Below are positions 26,603 to 40,479 of a DNA stretch of 64,000 nt, piece after piece. The notes beneath the pieces were generated by a model, which was not told the DNA's origin, made no database searches, and saw only the letters and a list, made by a program, of their open reading frames with translations. The position numbers and the translations under genes are program-made. Location: contig CM052816.1 in the NCBI GenBank assembly GCA_028534125.1, positions 16,308,001 to 16,372,000 of the forward strand. Reading direction: 5' to 3'. The DNA comes from Lama glama (lineage: Eukaryota). Position 1 is the first letter of the stretch. Every line of letters starts with the position of its first letter.

Positions 26603-27759
26603 ATCAACAAGAAGGAAAGGAAAGAGATGTTCCATCACGTTCTGTTTCCTGTGAGTGATACAATGGAAGAAGTGGGTCTGGTATCAGGGCCATAGGCCAC
26701 CTAAAGCCTTAAGCCCTAACTAAGGTCCAGAACACTGTACAAGACAGGACACCTTTAAGGCCCAGACATCCCAGCTCTCCAGTCAAAAAAACCCAAAAAA
26801 CAAAAAACAAAACCTTGCAGAAACTACAATGCCCACACTTTTGTCTCCAGTCAGGGAAACAGTAATAATAATAATAAAATTAATATTACTGAGCATTTAC
26901 TGGCTGCCCAGGACATGCTAGGCGTTCTTTTTACATTATCTCCCTCAGAGGATGCACATAATAGGCACTCAATAAATATTTGTTGCATGAGAGAATAAAC
27001 TATCATTATGCAGTTCTTCCCTACAAATGCCCTACATCCGTTGAAATAATTTCACCCTTCTATATTACTTATTACTTTAACGTTTGGAAAGCTTACACTG
27101 AGCATCGTACTACTTTGAGTCAGAGGAAACAATACATAAGAAATTTAAAAAAATTTATTTGCAGGGCAAGTAAAGCTCTAAAGACTATGCACCATCCACT
27201 GCCTCCCCAAGAAAAGCATACTTCCGTCCTGAGCAGACTCTTTGAGATAATGTTTGGGTGAACAAAAAGAAGATACTAAGAGCAGTTAAAACTCTCTGAT
27301 CACTACTTGCCAGGCATTCTTCTAAATGCTTTACAAGTGTCAACACATTTAATACTCTGTAATAACCAACCCTAGGCAAGTTGGCTATCCTCACATCTAA
27401 TGAGTAGTGGAGTCCAGATTCAAATCTAGGCCATGCTGCTTTTGTCTTATGTTCTAACTCACCCAATCACAGGCCTCTCAAGAGCTACCCAGAGCTGAAA
27501 AGAAGTTCATTCCAACTCTGACACTGGGTTGTGGGACTTCAACACAGCACTCTGTGTTGCTTACCCTCCAGACTGACCTCAACCTCAGAGGAACAAACTA
27601 GGTATGCTGGTAGCTGGTGGCAGCCAAAGGATTGCCCTTTTCATCTTACAGCCAAGGTACCAGGTCCAGAGCCAGCTCCAGCACTGGAAAACCAAGGAGA
27701 TACCACGGTCCTGAGTTTGGGAAGCCAACCACATCATAAAAGTAGCCACATCCATGGAG

Positions 27760-28665
27760 AGTTTAATCAATTTTAAAGCATTTTCACTCTCCCTTAAAAC
27801 CCAAACCTAGCAGTCACTCCCCATATCTCCCCAACTCCTTCTCTCCCAGGATTAGACAACCACTAACCTACTTTCTGGCTCTATAATTTGCCTAGTCTGA
27901 ACATATCATATAAACAAATTCCTACAATATGTCGTCCCCTGCGGTTGGCTTCGTTCACTTAGCATGTAAAGTTTCATCCATGTGTAACATGTATCAGTAC
28001 TTCATTTCTTTTTATTGTCAAATAATATTCCATTGTATGGATAAACCACATTTATTTATCCATTTATCAGGTGATAGACTTTTGGGTTGTTTCTGCTTTT
28101 TGGCTATTATGAATAATGCTGCTGTGAGCATTTATGTATCAGTTTTTGTGTGGACATATGTTTTCATTTGTCTTAGTAACACACCCAGTGGAACTGCTAG
28201 GTCATATGGTAACTCTGTGCTTACCCATCTGAAGAACTGAGAGTTTTCCAAAGTGGCTGGATCATTTTACATCCCCATTACCAGCATATAAGAGTTCCAA
28301 TTTCTCCACATTCTCACCAACACTTGTTATTCTGACAATAGTCATCCTAATGAGTGTAAAGTGCTATCTCATTGGGGTTTTATTTGCATTTATTTCCCTG
28401 GTGGCTAATGACGTTGAACACCTTTTCAAGCACTTACTGGCAATTGTGTATCTTCTTTGGACAGCTGTCTATTCAGATCATTTGCCTATTTTTAAACTGG
28501 GTTATTTGTCTTTTTTATTATTGAATTATTAGAGTTCTTTGCATATTCTAGCTGTATATCCCTTATCAGATAGTTGATTTGTCAAATTTTTCTCCCATTC
28601 TATGGGTTGTCTTCATTGTCTTGATGGTATCCTTTGAGGTACAGAAGTTTTTAATTTTGATGATG
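27760..28665 (-). mobile_element. L1MB-like 3' UTR/ORF2 end
   Basis: ttggctattatgaataatgctgctgtgagcatt; gtggaactgctaggtcatatggtaactc; cccattctatgggttgtct. Confidence 0.9.
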
Positions 28666-28666
28666 T

Positions 28667-28923
28667 ATGTTGACTCTTGAACAACTCAGGGGTTGGGGCG
28701 CTGACCTCTGTGGAGTTGAAAAACCACTTATAACTTTATAGTTGGCCCTGTTTATCCACAGTTTATATCCACAGACTCAACCAGTCATGGATTCAACTAA
28801 CCACACAATGAACCAACCTTGGATCATGCAGTATTGTAGTAAATATTTAAGAAAAAAAATTCATGTAATTCATGTATAAGTGGACCTAAGCAGTTCCAAC
28901 CCATGTTGTTCAAGGGTCAACTG
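28667..28923. mobile_element. Tigger2a/MER8-like TcMar-Tigger MITE
   Basis: Terminal inverted repeats gttgactcttgaacaac ... gttgttcaagggtcaactg, followed by TA. Confidence 0.85.
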
Positions 28924-28979
28924 TATTAACTGACTTTCAAAAATTAATTTCTGACTAAAAGGTAAACTATTTAAGTAGC

Positions 28980-29078
28980 AAAACCTATCTGTCTTGTTCA
29001 CCACTATATCCCCAGTACAGCAGAAAGTGTGGCACATGGTAAGTACTCAATACATATATTTTTAATAAATGAATGAAT
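28980..29078 (+). mobile_element. L2 3' tail
   Basis: tgtcttgttcaccactatatccccag...ggcacatggtaagtactcaata...aatgaatgaat. Confidence 0.75.
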
Positions 29079-30817
29079 TTTTAAGACCAGAAAAGGTTAC
29101 ATGTGAGATGGGCTATAAGAGATGGCTTCTCTGCTAGGAGATGGGTAAATAAGATGACATCTGAAATCATTTCTGGTCTAGAGAATATATTAAGAGGGAG
29201 AGAATGCAGACTTCCACTGGAGCAGAGGGAAAGAACACTGAGGGATGCTAGATGCAACATACCCGAGAAATATACATCATCAACAATAAATGCCTTATTT
29301 AAATGCTCAGTCATTCTTTCTTTTCAGCCACTCTGGAGAGCCAAAAGACAGAACAGTGGCTCAGGAATGGGGCCATCCTAGGCATAGGGGCCCAGACACA
29401 GCGGGAGGTTCTCTCCAGAGTCCTCAGCTCAGCACAGCATCCCTGAGGCAGACTTCGGGCTCCTCTGTTGTTCAGAATTGCTAGGGCATGTATATCACTG
29501 TAGCTGACAAGCAGAGGTTTCACTGAGGGGAAAAAAGGGGTGAAAACTGGCTTCCTACTCCTCTCGCCTAGCCTTTGCCAAGAAAAAACAACAACAAAAA
29601 ATCTGAAGAGCAGAATGTCCACGCCAGGGTACCTCATCAAAGCACTTCAAGGATCCTGGATTTGACTGCCAAGGGGAGGCATTTCACCAGCCAGGCAAAG
29701 AGGGTAGAGGTATGGTAAAGGAGCTCAAGGTTGGCTGCATTTTGGAGAAACTTTGGACAAGCAGGGCTGGGGAAGAGGTAATTTCAAAGACAATAAGGAA
29801 TGTGGAACAGAGGTGTGGGAATTTGTCAGTTGCAGCATCAAAGAAAGGGGTTCGAAGACAAGAGACCTTCCTTTCCACTGTGTCACCTTTCATGGTAAGC
29901 AAGAAAGGAGGAGCAGAATGAGTTTGAAAAGTGCACACAAACACACACACATACACACATACATACGTGGGAGTTGCCTCTAGGAGAGTAAATAAATATT
30001 CATGAACAGTTCAGTGTGTGAAAAGCAAGGACAGACGATGACAAATGGTGCCAATTAGAAAGAAAGGGTGGTATCTATTTTTAAAGTGGCTGAATAAACA
30101 ATAAAGGATAGCTTGTTAAAAATACTGTGCTTGACCCTCTTCCCAATGGCAGGGTCCCCCTCCTGTGCTTGGTGACAACAGGCAAACTCTCATCCCAGTG
30201 TGGTGGGTCCCATGTTGCCACGGCAGCCTCATATTTACATTACAGGTTCACCCTGGCTACTTGTCTCCAGCAGTAAGAAGATGATTTCTTCTGAGAATGA
30301 TCTGGGCCCAAGACCACAAGCTGACATGGGCACTCACACTCTCAGTTATTCCAAAAAGAGCCCTTGACGAGGAAGGGGCAAGTTAATGAAGGACCCCAAT
30401 GGAAAATTCAACTACAGAGGCAATAGAATCCAGTGTATCAAAAAAGGAGGTAAGAAATCGCAAACTACCTTCCCTAGGGCACAAAGTCCCTTCATGACAG
30501 GAATGTTTGATTAGGGGGTTGGTGAGCCACCAAAATCAAGTTTCTTATCTAGTGCTCATTCCTGATACCTATCTTTATTTTCCTCCTAGAATTGGATCTG
30601 ACCTATGACAAATGGAAAAAAAGGCAAAGAATAAAGCTGATTATCACTCACAGGCAGAAAAAATACGAGTAACCCAGATATCCAGCTAACTCTCTCAATC
30701 TCTCTTCTCCCCTTCATACTGTCTCCCAACTCCCCTCCTCCTTTCTCTCTCTCTCCATCTCTCTGTGTCTATCTCTCTCTCTTTCAGTGTCTGTGTTTCT
30801 CCTTCACCATTTATCAT

Positions 30818-31060
30818 CAGCATGGCACAGTGCTTAAAAACTTGGATTTGAGTTACATTGCCAGGGTGTACATCTTAGCTCTGACAAGGTCTAGCTATGT
30901 GACCCTAAGGAAGCACTTGACCTCTCTAGGTCTTACTTTCCTCAAATGTAAAATGGAAATGATAATTGTATTTATTCATAATAGTACTTACTTGGATAAA
31001 TTCAATGAGAAAATTTATATAAGCCTCTTAGCTCAGTGTCTGGAATATTGTAGGTACTGT
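30818..31060 (+). mobile_element. MIR
   Basis: ctagctatgtgaccctaaggaagcacttgacctctct...ttcctcaaatgtaaaatgg. Confidence 0.8.
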
Positions 31061-31749
31061 GGTTATTTCTAAACATTCTTCATGCCTTGATCCAGACTCT
31101 AAACATTTTGAGGGCAGTAAATATGCCAAATCCATCTTTCTGGCTCCTTGGAATATAACAAGAGCTGAAATTCAGTAAACATTTGTCAGATGAGTTGGCC
31201 TCTCTCAGCCTGTTTGCCATGGGCAATAAGCACAGCCACCAAATTCTTTTGCCCAATTCACAGTTCCACTGTGCTCATTACCTCATGGGTAATCCTCCCA
31301 ATCATCAGTGAGCTGCACAAGGCAGGCAGCATCTGCCCCTCCTTTCATTAGGAAAAGGTGAGAATAAATTGGAAAACAAACAGGCGTGGGCAGTACTTGC
31401 AGTTCCTCTGAGTGATGCCCTATCGATTTTCAAGTGTCACTATTTATAATAACAACAACTGGCAGAGATACAGCATTGTTCTTCCAAGACAATCAGAGCA
31501 TTTTAAAGGGATAAGCTCATCCTTCTCCATGGCCCCAGCAGGTAGAGGAAAATATTCCCCACTTCCAATGAAGAGCACAAAAAGGCCATGGGCTTTGGCT
31601 AAGGTCCCTGTGCAAGTCAATGGGACCCTGGTGCTCCTGGCTTCTGGGTCCCTCTGCATCCCTGGATAGCATCTCTGCTTCCTGCAGGGCTTCCCCACCC
31701 ATGGTTCTTTTGGTATGCTGAGCAGAGCCACTTCTTAACAATACACCCA

Positions 31750-33048
31750 GAACACTCCCTCACACCATACACAAAAATAAACTCAAAATGGCTTAAAGAC
31801 TTAAACATAAGACACGCTATAAACCTCTTAGAAGAAAACATAAGCAAAACATTTTCTGACATAAATCTTAGCAAAACCCTCTTGGGGCAGTCTACCCAGG
31901 CAATAGAAATAAGACCAAAAATAAACAAATGGGACCTAATTAAACTTAACAAGCTTTTGTACAGCAAAGAAAACCATAAGCAAAACAAAATGACAGCCTA
32001 TGGAATGGGAGAAAATATCTGCAAAAGATGAGACTGACAAGGGCTTACTTTCCAGAATATACAAACAGCTCATCCAATTTAATAAGAAAAAAGTGAACAA
32101 CTCAATCCAAAAATGGGCAGAAGACCTAAACAAGCAATTCTCCAATGAAGACATACAAATGGCCAATAGGCACATGAAAAAATGCTCAATATCGCTAATT
32201 CTCAGAGAAAAGCAAATTAAAACTAGAATGAGGTATCACCTCACACCAGTCAGGATGGCTGTCATTAAAAAGTCCACACATGATAAATGCTGGAGAGGGT
32301 GTAGAGAAAAGGGAATGCTCCTACACCATTGGTGGGAATGTAGTTTGGTGCAGCCATTATGGAAAACAGTATGGAGATTCCTCAAAAGATTAAAAATAGA
32401 CTCATCATATAATCCAGCAATCCCACTCCTGGGCATATATCCAGAGGGAACTCTAATGTGAAAATCTTTTGTACCCCAAAGTTGATAACAGCACTATTTA
32501 CAATAGCCAAGACATGGAAACAACCTAAATGTCTATCAACAGATGACTACATAAAGAAGTTGTGGTGTATTTATACAATGGAATACTACTCAGCCATAAA
32601 AAATAATAAAATAATGCCATCTGTAGCAACGTGGATGGACCTGGAGATTGTCATTCTAAGTGAAGCCAGAAAGAGAAAGAAAAATACCATATGATATCAC
32701 TTATATGTGGAATCTAAAAAAAAAAAAAAAAGACAAGCGAACTTATCTGCAAAACAAACTCTCAGACAAAGAGAACTTGTGGTTACCAGGGAGGATGAAG
32801 GTGGGAGGGAATAAACTGGGAGTTTGAGATCTGCAGATACTAACTAATATATACAGAATAAATAAACAACAAGATCATGCTGTATAGCACAGGGAACTAT
32901 ATTCAATATCCTGTAGTAACTTATGGTGAAAAAAATATGAAAACAAATATACATATGTTCATGTAGGACTGAAGCATTGTGCTGTACACCAGAAATTGAC
33001 ACAACATTGTAAACTGACTATACTTCAATTAAAAAAACAAACAAACCA
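31750..33048 (+). mobile_element. 5'-truncated L1 (ORF2 C-terminus, 3' UTR, A-rich tail), lineage-specific subfamily
   Basis: ORFs 32000-32461 and 32458-32694 are L1 ORF2 ([45 protein letters not shown]). Imperfect TSD aacaatacaccca / accaacacaccca at a TT|AA site. Confidence 0.95.
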
Positions 33049-36000
33049 AACCAACACACCCATGGTAGGAGGTGGCACCTGGTACTATTCCAAAAAGCAT
33101 CCCTCTTGGTATGAAGCCCTTAGGCATGACTGCTACCTGGCTTAGTCCTCCTCTTCCAGCCTGTCATCAAGAATCACATTTCTACAGCAATCCAGAGACT
33201 AGGGTGTCACACAGAGAGGGGACCAGGGCAAGGACAGGTCCCTCATACATACCAGAGATATGTGTCCAAATAGATGTCTGTCCTACACCACCTATCCCAC
33301 ACAATGGTGTCCTGTGTTCCAGCCCTGCCCAATAGAGCTTGTCTACCCACCCAGTCACAATAGAGAACACTACCTTCAAGAGAAGAAAAGTGACAGCAAG
33401 GCCTAGCAGAAACTGAATGTGAATAATAATGATGCCTAAGCAGAAAGAGACAATCTCTGTGAGACACAAGCCTAGTAGAGACAGATCTTAAACACTCCTG
33501 GATGAGAGTTTACTCTGCTGGGAATAGCTCGCTCAGCCATCTCTCTGACACAAACCCAGCAGGACACAATAGCTACAAGTAGCGTGTGTCATCCTGGAGG
33601 CTAAAGAAGAGCTTCCTATCACATTAGGCTTCACTGAAGGATTAGCAAAGGTGGCTAGAATTTCCCTCTGCCCCAGAGGACAGATTCCAACCAAAGTCTA
33701 TAGAACTGAAGGATAAGGAAGGCACCACTAAGTTCCTCTTCCACCTTTTATAACCAGCAGGGTTAAGTGTCTAGCCTGTTCTGCCGTCAGGCTGTTGAAC
33801 AGAGAAGCTGCATTTCTAGGACTCCAGAAGTTGCTCTAGGCAGATGAGGGGTAACGTCCAGGCTCAAGTACAAAAAGAAAAATGCGTACTAAGATCCTGG
33901 ATGCCAAGGATGACTTAGTCTCAGGCAAGACTGGCATTGTACCACCAATTCCTCCTTTTCCCCTACATGTTTAAAGCCTTTCAAGGTCCAGGAAATCAGA
34001 CATGGCCCCTAAGCAGGACTGCCATCCCCTCCCCATTCATCCTCACATACTCACAAAAAAGCAAGGAGGAAAATCTGCTGAGCACTGCTTGCTCTTGGGG
34101 TCCAGGCTAGAGTGAGGCAAAGGGTCCAGCTAAGGCTGAGCTGGCAAGGGAGGAGATGCTGCTGACAAAAACAAAGGCTGTATCAGACACAGGGGGATTA
34201 GATACTTCTCAGCTCAGGGGATTAGACACTATTCTTCACAAAAGAGACTCCAACAAAATAGGCAAATTAAACTCCTTTGTGCCTGACACAATGGTAGCAG
34301 TGGAAACTACAGCCAGAGCAACTAGTAGGACCAAGGTGACGGGAGGACATGGCAGTGGGAAAACGGGGAGAAAAGGAAGCAAGGCTCAGTTCTTAGCTCT
34401 ACTGTGGCCTGAGCGTGTGGTTTCACCTTCTCTGATGTGGGACCAAGAAATCTCATCTCCTTCCCTTGGGGATAGTGCTAAGTCTGTTCAATTGAGAGAA
34501 TGCCAGGGTTGAGAAACGTCATCAAGGAATATTTTTCTCACCTCCTTCTGAGGTGCTTTGCTGTAGTCATTTCCATCTAGGGATGAGTGAGATTCCTTGT
34601 AATTAATTCCCTCTGACCTGCCTAGTTAGCATTTCAACAGGAAAACACCTCCCACGGCAAAATGAATGTAGACTTCAAGCCGCTTTCCTTCTGGCTGTCT
34701 CCTATGTAAATGAGTTGCCTGCAGCCTGACTCAGAAGAGCTCAAAATGGAAAAATGAACTGGAAAAAAAAAAAAAAAAGCACAGTTCGAGGGTAAGGGTG
34801 AGGCTTGCCAACCAGACAAGGCTTCTATGGGCCTAAACCCAGCATGCTGCCAGGGACTTAGCACCAGCACCAGCACTTGACAACTCAGACAGGAAAGGGA
34901 TAGAGGCACACTTCTCTGGCCAGGAAGAACCACAGATACCTGATATTCCTCCTGTTTTTATAGGTAAAATGATTACGCAAATGTCAGTTAGCTGGTTGTA
35001 GACCTGAGATCATGACCCAGGTGTCCAGACTCCTGAGTACAGGATTAGATCAGAATCATCCTTGGTATCAGGATTCTCTGACCCACATCCTACCCCAAGG
35101 CCACGTCTAGGATTAGTGGTGGCAGAGGGTTAAGAGGGAACTTGGGCTTCCTCCCTCAGGTCCTGGCCCAGGAAGTATAGCCTGTGCATGAAAGCAAACT
35201 CAAGCTCTCTAGCTCCACAGATGATGTTATGCATTAACAGGCCCCACGGCAAGACACCAGGGCACCCATCACCTTAATGGACTTAGTGATTAACGTGGCT
35301 GTAGTCCCCCACAGTACCAGGCCTTCTCCTTTCCCACCCCTGGATGGCAGGGTCTCCAGTGGCAGAAGCTGCCCTAGGTGACTGTTTGATCCAAACATTA
35401 AGAAAGAACACATCTATCTATTCACTATAGAGAAGAGACAGTCATTTCAAACCTATACGTCAAGCATCCCTGCTGGAAAGAAAAAAAGAACAAAATTAAA
35501 TTTAAATTCTCTCTGGAAGACTTCTGTTCCCAAAGACAAAAAAAGCACTCTACAATTTGTACCTAGTTCCCAACCCCAAGAAGCTCTCTGCTCCCCTTCT
35601 CTCTTCCCCTTCTGGACAGCTCCAGATGTGTCGCGGAGTTTCAATGATTCACTCTAATGATAACGCACCCTCAGAACAATCATGGACTCTGATTTAGGAG
35701 GCAACTTGTACAAATACCTGTAATCTAGTTCTAATCTTGTTTGTTTCCATTCCAATTAACCTGCATCAATGGTTTAAAAATGGGAACTGCCTGGTGAATA
35801 TAGCCAATCCATTTTAATAGAGAATAAATCTGGGTTATTGTGACCCTTTCTTCTCTCAGACTCAGGACAACACCAGCCATCTCAAGGCGCTGATTGGACC
35901 AAATCAGCTTTAACTGTATTCAACTCTTCAAGGATTCAATTAATCATAAAGCCAATTCCATCCTGAGCTCCATCTGTCTTGCCTCCTTCAGGGACTAATA

Positions 36001-36315
36001 ATCACTCACTGTGTGTTTTTACACACCAGTTGAACTGAAATTAAGACTGATTTCATCATGGAGCACTGAAGAAGAAAATGTATTTCTTGGAGGAAAATTT
36101 CAGAGCTATTCTAATGTTCAGTTTGGGGAAAGATATTGTCAAGTAAACAAAAGAATATTCTTTAAAACTTCAAAATTCTTGACATTGTGAAATAATTCTT
36201 GCCACCCAAATCCTAGGAAGAGGGCAGCTCCTCAGGAGAACTAGCAACTCTCAATGTTAGATCATGCAACAGACACATTCAGTCTGTCCTCGGGCATCAG
36301 CAAGGCATACGTATA

Positions 36316-36815
36316 NNNNNNNNNNNNNNNNNNNNNNNNNNNNNNNNNNNNNNNNNNNNNNNNNNNNNNNNNNNNNNNNNNNNNNNNNNNNNNNNNNNNN
36401 NNNNNNNNNNNNNNNNNNNNNNNNNNNNNNNNNNNNNNNNNNNNNNNNNNNNNNNNNNNNNNNNNNNNNNNNNNNNNNNNNNNNNNNNNNNNNNNNNNNN
36501 NNNNNNNNNNNNNNNNNNNNNNNNNNNNNNNNNNNNNNNNNNNNNNNNNNNNNNNNNNNNNNNNNNNNNNNNNNNNNNNNNNNNNNNNNNNNNNNNNNNN
36601 NNNNNNNNNNNNNNNNNNNNNNNNNNNNNNNNNNNNNNNNNNNNNNNNNNNNNNNNNNNNNNNNNNNNNNNNNNNNNNNNNNNNNNNNNNNNNNNNNNNN
36701 NNNNNNNNNNNNNNNNNNNNNNNNNNNNNNNNNNNNNNNNNNNNNNNNNNNNNNNNNNNNNNNNNNNNNNNNNNNNNNNNNNNNNNNNNNNNNNNNNNNN
36801 NNNNNNNNNNNNNNN
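36316..36815. other. Assembly gap, 500 N
   Basis: Run of N. Confidence 0.99.
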
Positions 36816-37063
36816 TACAGAAAGAAGATCTGAGATTCAAACTCAGGTCTCCCTGGCTCTGGAGCCCAGCTTTGTAAAGCTGCCTCCTTGAATTCTGTCA
36901 TGATGTTTCCCTTTGGGATGCCATTTTCCTCCTCCCATGGGTGCCTAATCTTGACCTGTTCCCGGCGTCTTTTGCTCCTCTGCTTAGTGTCCAGAGACCA
37001 GGATTGTGCAAGTACTTTATTCACCTTCGTATTGTCATAGAACTCAGCACTAAGCCTTATACA

Positions 37064-37172
37064 TAGGGTGAACATACGTTCTGTTTATGCCTCTTGTCCC
37101 AGTAATTAGTAGTGCCTCTTTTTCACTCTTGAAAGTGTCCCAGTTTGGACAGTAAATTATGTGGTCACCCTG
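37064..37172 (-). mobile_element. MER94-like hAT-Blackjack MITE
   Basis: TIRs agggtgaacata ... tgtggtcaccct; internal tttcactcttgaaagtgtcccagtttggac; degenerate 8-bp TSD cttataca/catacaca. Confidence 0.75.
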
Positions 37173-40039
37173 CATACACACGACTTGTTGTCCCAACCTG
37201 GGGGCTGTGGCATTTTAATAAGGGACCCTGAAAGACAGAATTCTCTCTAAGACTCGAAGAAACAAACCCTAGATGGTAAAATTAAGCACTTTTGTAGGCC
37301 AGTGGGCAAGAAGATTTAGAGGTTCTGCTCAGCACCCCACAGCCTACTACTATAGAAAAAGGACTATTTCTACGACCAGACTTGAGGCCTGTGAGGTTAT
37401 AAGGCCTGAATCAGATTTATCAAAGCAGGAGTCCCACTGTGGCCTCATGGAAGTGTCTGACAAGCCAGGCCAGAAGAGGAGAGGAAGTGCCAAAAGCTTA
37501 TGCTTTCCCACGTCTCCCAGGCAGAAGCAAGCCCCAGGGTAGCATTTGGCTGTCCTGAAGTCTTGTAGCCTTGCTACAGGAGAAATATAACTGGAGTTGG
37601 CCCTTTCCACAGTGCTCAACTCAAGCCCTGGTGGGAGCCTGGGCTCCACGTCCCAGTGCTTTCTTGTCTGAGGTTCTGCTCACCTCGGCCCTACCCCTGT
37701 ATTGTGGACCCAGTAAGGGACCACACCCTCTCACAGCCTTGGCGTGTGCAAGTCACATTCCAGACTGTGTCCTTGGCCCATTTGCAGGCAGCTGAAAACT
37801 GCTGTGCATATGTCAGTTTACACTTGAACTGGTTTAATGTTTTTTCTTTTAAGTTGCAATCTAAAATTCAGCCAGACAGGCTTTAACGAGCACTAAATCG
37901 TCAAGCCTTTTGTTTCCCTTGCTATTCAAGCCACAGAGATTTTGTGTTTGATTCAGCAACAATTGCTGAATCTTAAACAAACCATTTCCATTTTGACATT
38001 AACTATTTTATGAGTGTAACTTTTTTGTTGACATTAGAATGATTCCACAGAAGGCCTTTTAATGACTTATTAGTAAAAGAGTTAAAAGGGATATGTGGAA
38101 GGTGATTCTTAACATTTCTTTAAAGAAAAAAAAAGTAGATTTTTATCTGAATTCAATTGGGTAATACATATAGACTTTTTGCCTTTCTCCTCCTGTCTGG
38201 ATGACTTTTGATCTTGTTGTGGTCATTCTTCCAGAACACCCTCCTGGTCAAGCCCTCCATGTTTCAGATTATACCTAATATTGAAGCCACCGTCTTGCAC
38301 AGTGACTTGCCTAATAGAGTGCCTCTGTGCTTGTCTCTGTCAGCTGTTAATTTTGTCTAGTAGGGGCAAGAACTGTTTCTCTTCCTTGCTCTGGCCCCAA
38401 GATGCTTAGCCGAGGACCCTGTGCACTCTGGGCCCAATCAGAATTTGTTGACCAGCTAACTGGACAAACAGCCTCAGACAAGTAGCATACTCACAAAGGA
38501 AACCATCCATTGTTCTGTTTTCAGAAGCTGTGAACATTTGGGTCTTTTCTCCAGTTCTTAAATATTTTCACATAGTGGGAAGTCTTCACTTTCCTTTTTT
38601 GCCCCCATTTCGGTGTCTAGTGAGTCAGATATAAGGGCAAGACCAGGCCTCCAAATTTTGTTTCTGAATCAGGGAAACTCTGTGTCCTTCTTAACCTAGA
38701 GGAGACATGGTGAGCCTGAGCGTGGCCAGGGAGTCAGCAGACCCACTCCATCCATTTTTCTCCTCTGCTGCAACGTGACAGAAGTGGCTAGGAGCAGGAA
38801 ACCAGTGCTCACTCAAGCTGTGAGATCGGCCACATGAAATGGAGCTGGCCAAGGAGGCCATGTGGATCTGCCCCCATGGAAAACTAGGAGCCTGGGCACC
38901 ATACTTCCCTCTCAGAACTAGAACTCATTGTTCCCAAAGATCTTTCCAAATACCAGTGATGCAAAATACTTGCATGGTTCACCATATTTTCACCATAGTT
39001 AAACTGTCAGAAACCTTAAATATCTGAGCAGAACCTCGGCAAACAAAGGATATTTTGGGGACTTGTTATGTATGTTGCACAGCAGAGAGATTTGTAGTCT
39101 ATATGACTTTCAAATCCTGTAAATGAAGCATTTCAGTGTTGTCATTTTCAGCTATAGACCATCCCACAATCGTTGCCTTTTCTTTTGCTATTAAGAGATG
39201 GCTCATTCATGAACATTTCTGCAGTTGTGTGGCTAAAGCAAAACAGACCCCGCTTGATGCCACGGGCTCTGATTGAGGAGATTGGAAGGAAAGGTGAGTG
39301 ATATCCCAGCACACTTAGAACCCCTGAGATCAAGGTCTGAGGAGAGTAAGGAGATTCCTTCCTGAGCCACACAGGGCCTATTGAGAAGATATATTGCCTG
39401 TAGCTTGGAAAAGGATTGGCCAGGTGATTTCCTGGAGCCCTCTTACCTTGCTGGACCAGCCTGCTCTCCCTCAGCCTTCAGCACACAAGGGGATAGTTAC
39501 ACCACCAACTGATATAGATGACCTAAACTGACACCCTCTCTGTGTTCTCTAATAAACCTGGTAAATCTCACTGTGAAAACTCTCCCATATGTTTTAGCCT
39601 ACATTTTCTTCTGCTTAATCTTGTTGATCCTACCTTGCTTCCCTCAAACTGCCTGAGACAATTACTAGGAGACATTTATTGAATAATTATAGGCCACAGA
39701 TAATTTCTCTTTAGCCCTCTCTTCCGTGTTCCCCACCCTGTGGTCTCCCTTTAGCCAGTTCTAATTAGCTTCTTTGATCCTTCCTCTCTGTCTCGCCCTC
39801 TAGCTTGTTAATTATATTTCTCCCCTATGCATTCTTCCTGTACTGACTTTGTCAGTCTAGCCAGAGGAGCTGAGAATGAGAACCTAGGGCTGCTCAGTGG
39901 GAGATAGTACATTCTTCTTTGTCCTCTCCCGGTAGCCCCTCCCACTTTTGAAAAGCCTGAAAACCCAGGCACTCTGCCTTTCTTGGCAGAAAAGTAAAAA
40001 TAGTAATTCTCATTAAATAGTATAATATATTTTGATATA

Positions 40040-40275
40040 ACAACTATTATTGGAATGCTTGGTATTTGCCAGCAAGTGTGCTAATCTTTTTATGTATTTC
40101 ATTTTATCCCCACAACAATCTCATGAGATAAATATTATTATTATTAATCCTCACTTTACAGATGAAGAAACTGAGGTCCAAAGAAATTAAGTAACATGTC
40201 ACAGTCACACAGCTTGAAAATGCTGGAACTAGGACTTGAACTCAGGTCTGTCTGACTCCAGAGCAGTTCTTACTC
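40040..40275 (-). mobile_element. MIR, near full length
   Basis: ctttacagatgaagaaactgaggtccaaagaaattaagtaacatgtcacagtcacacagc...gaactcaggtctgtctgactccagagc. Confidence 0.88.
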
Positions 40276-40479
40276 AGTAGTTTGCTTACCGAGTTAGGGC
40301 TCTTTGGTAAAACAGAGTTCCAGATCACTGGCTCTTAACCCACCGAAAAACAAACATTAACCTTGGGATAAGATGTCAGCTATCTACCCTCACTGTAAAA
40401 GAGGCTTTTTGAACTGAGATTATAAAACTTGGTGCAGAAGCAAGTTGGTGTGGTGCTATGGGTCTTTACGTATCTGAGC

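Noticed and set aside
32000..32694. L1 ORF2-like ORFs as a gene or active element
   Set aside because: 5'-truncated and frameshifted; only the C-terminal part is present.
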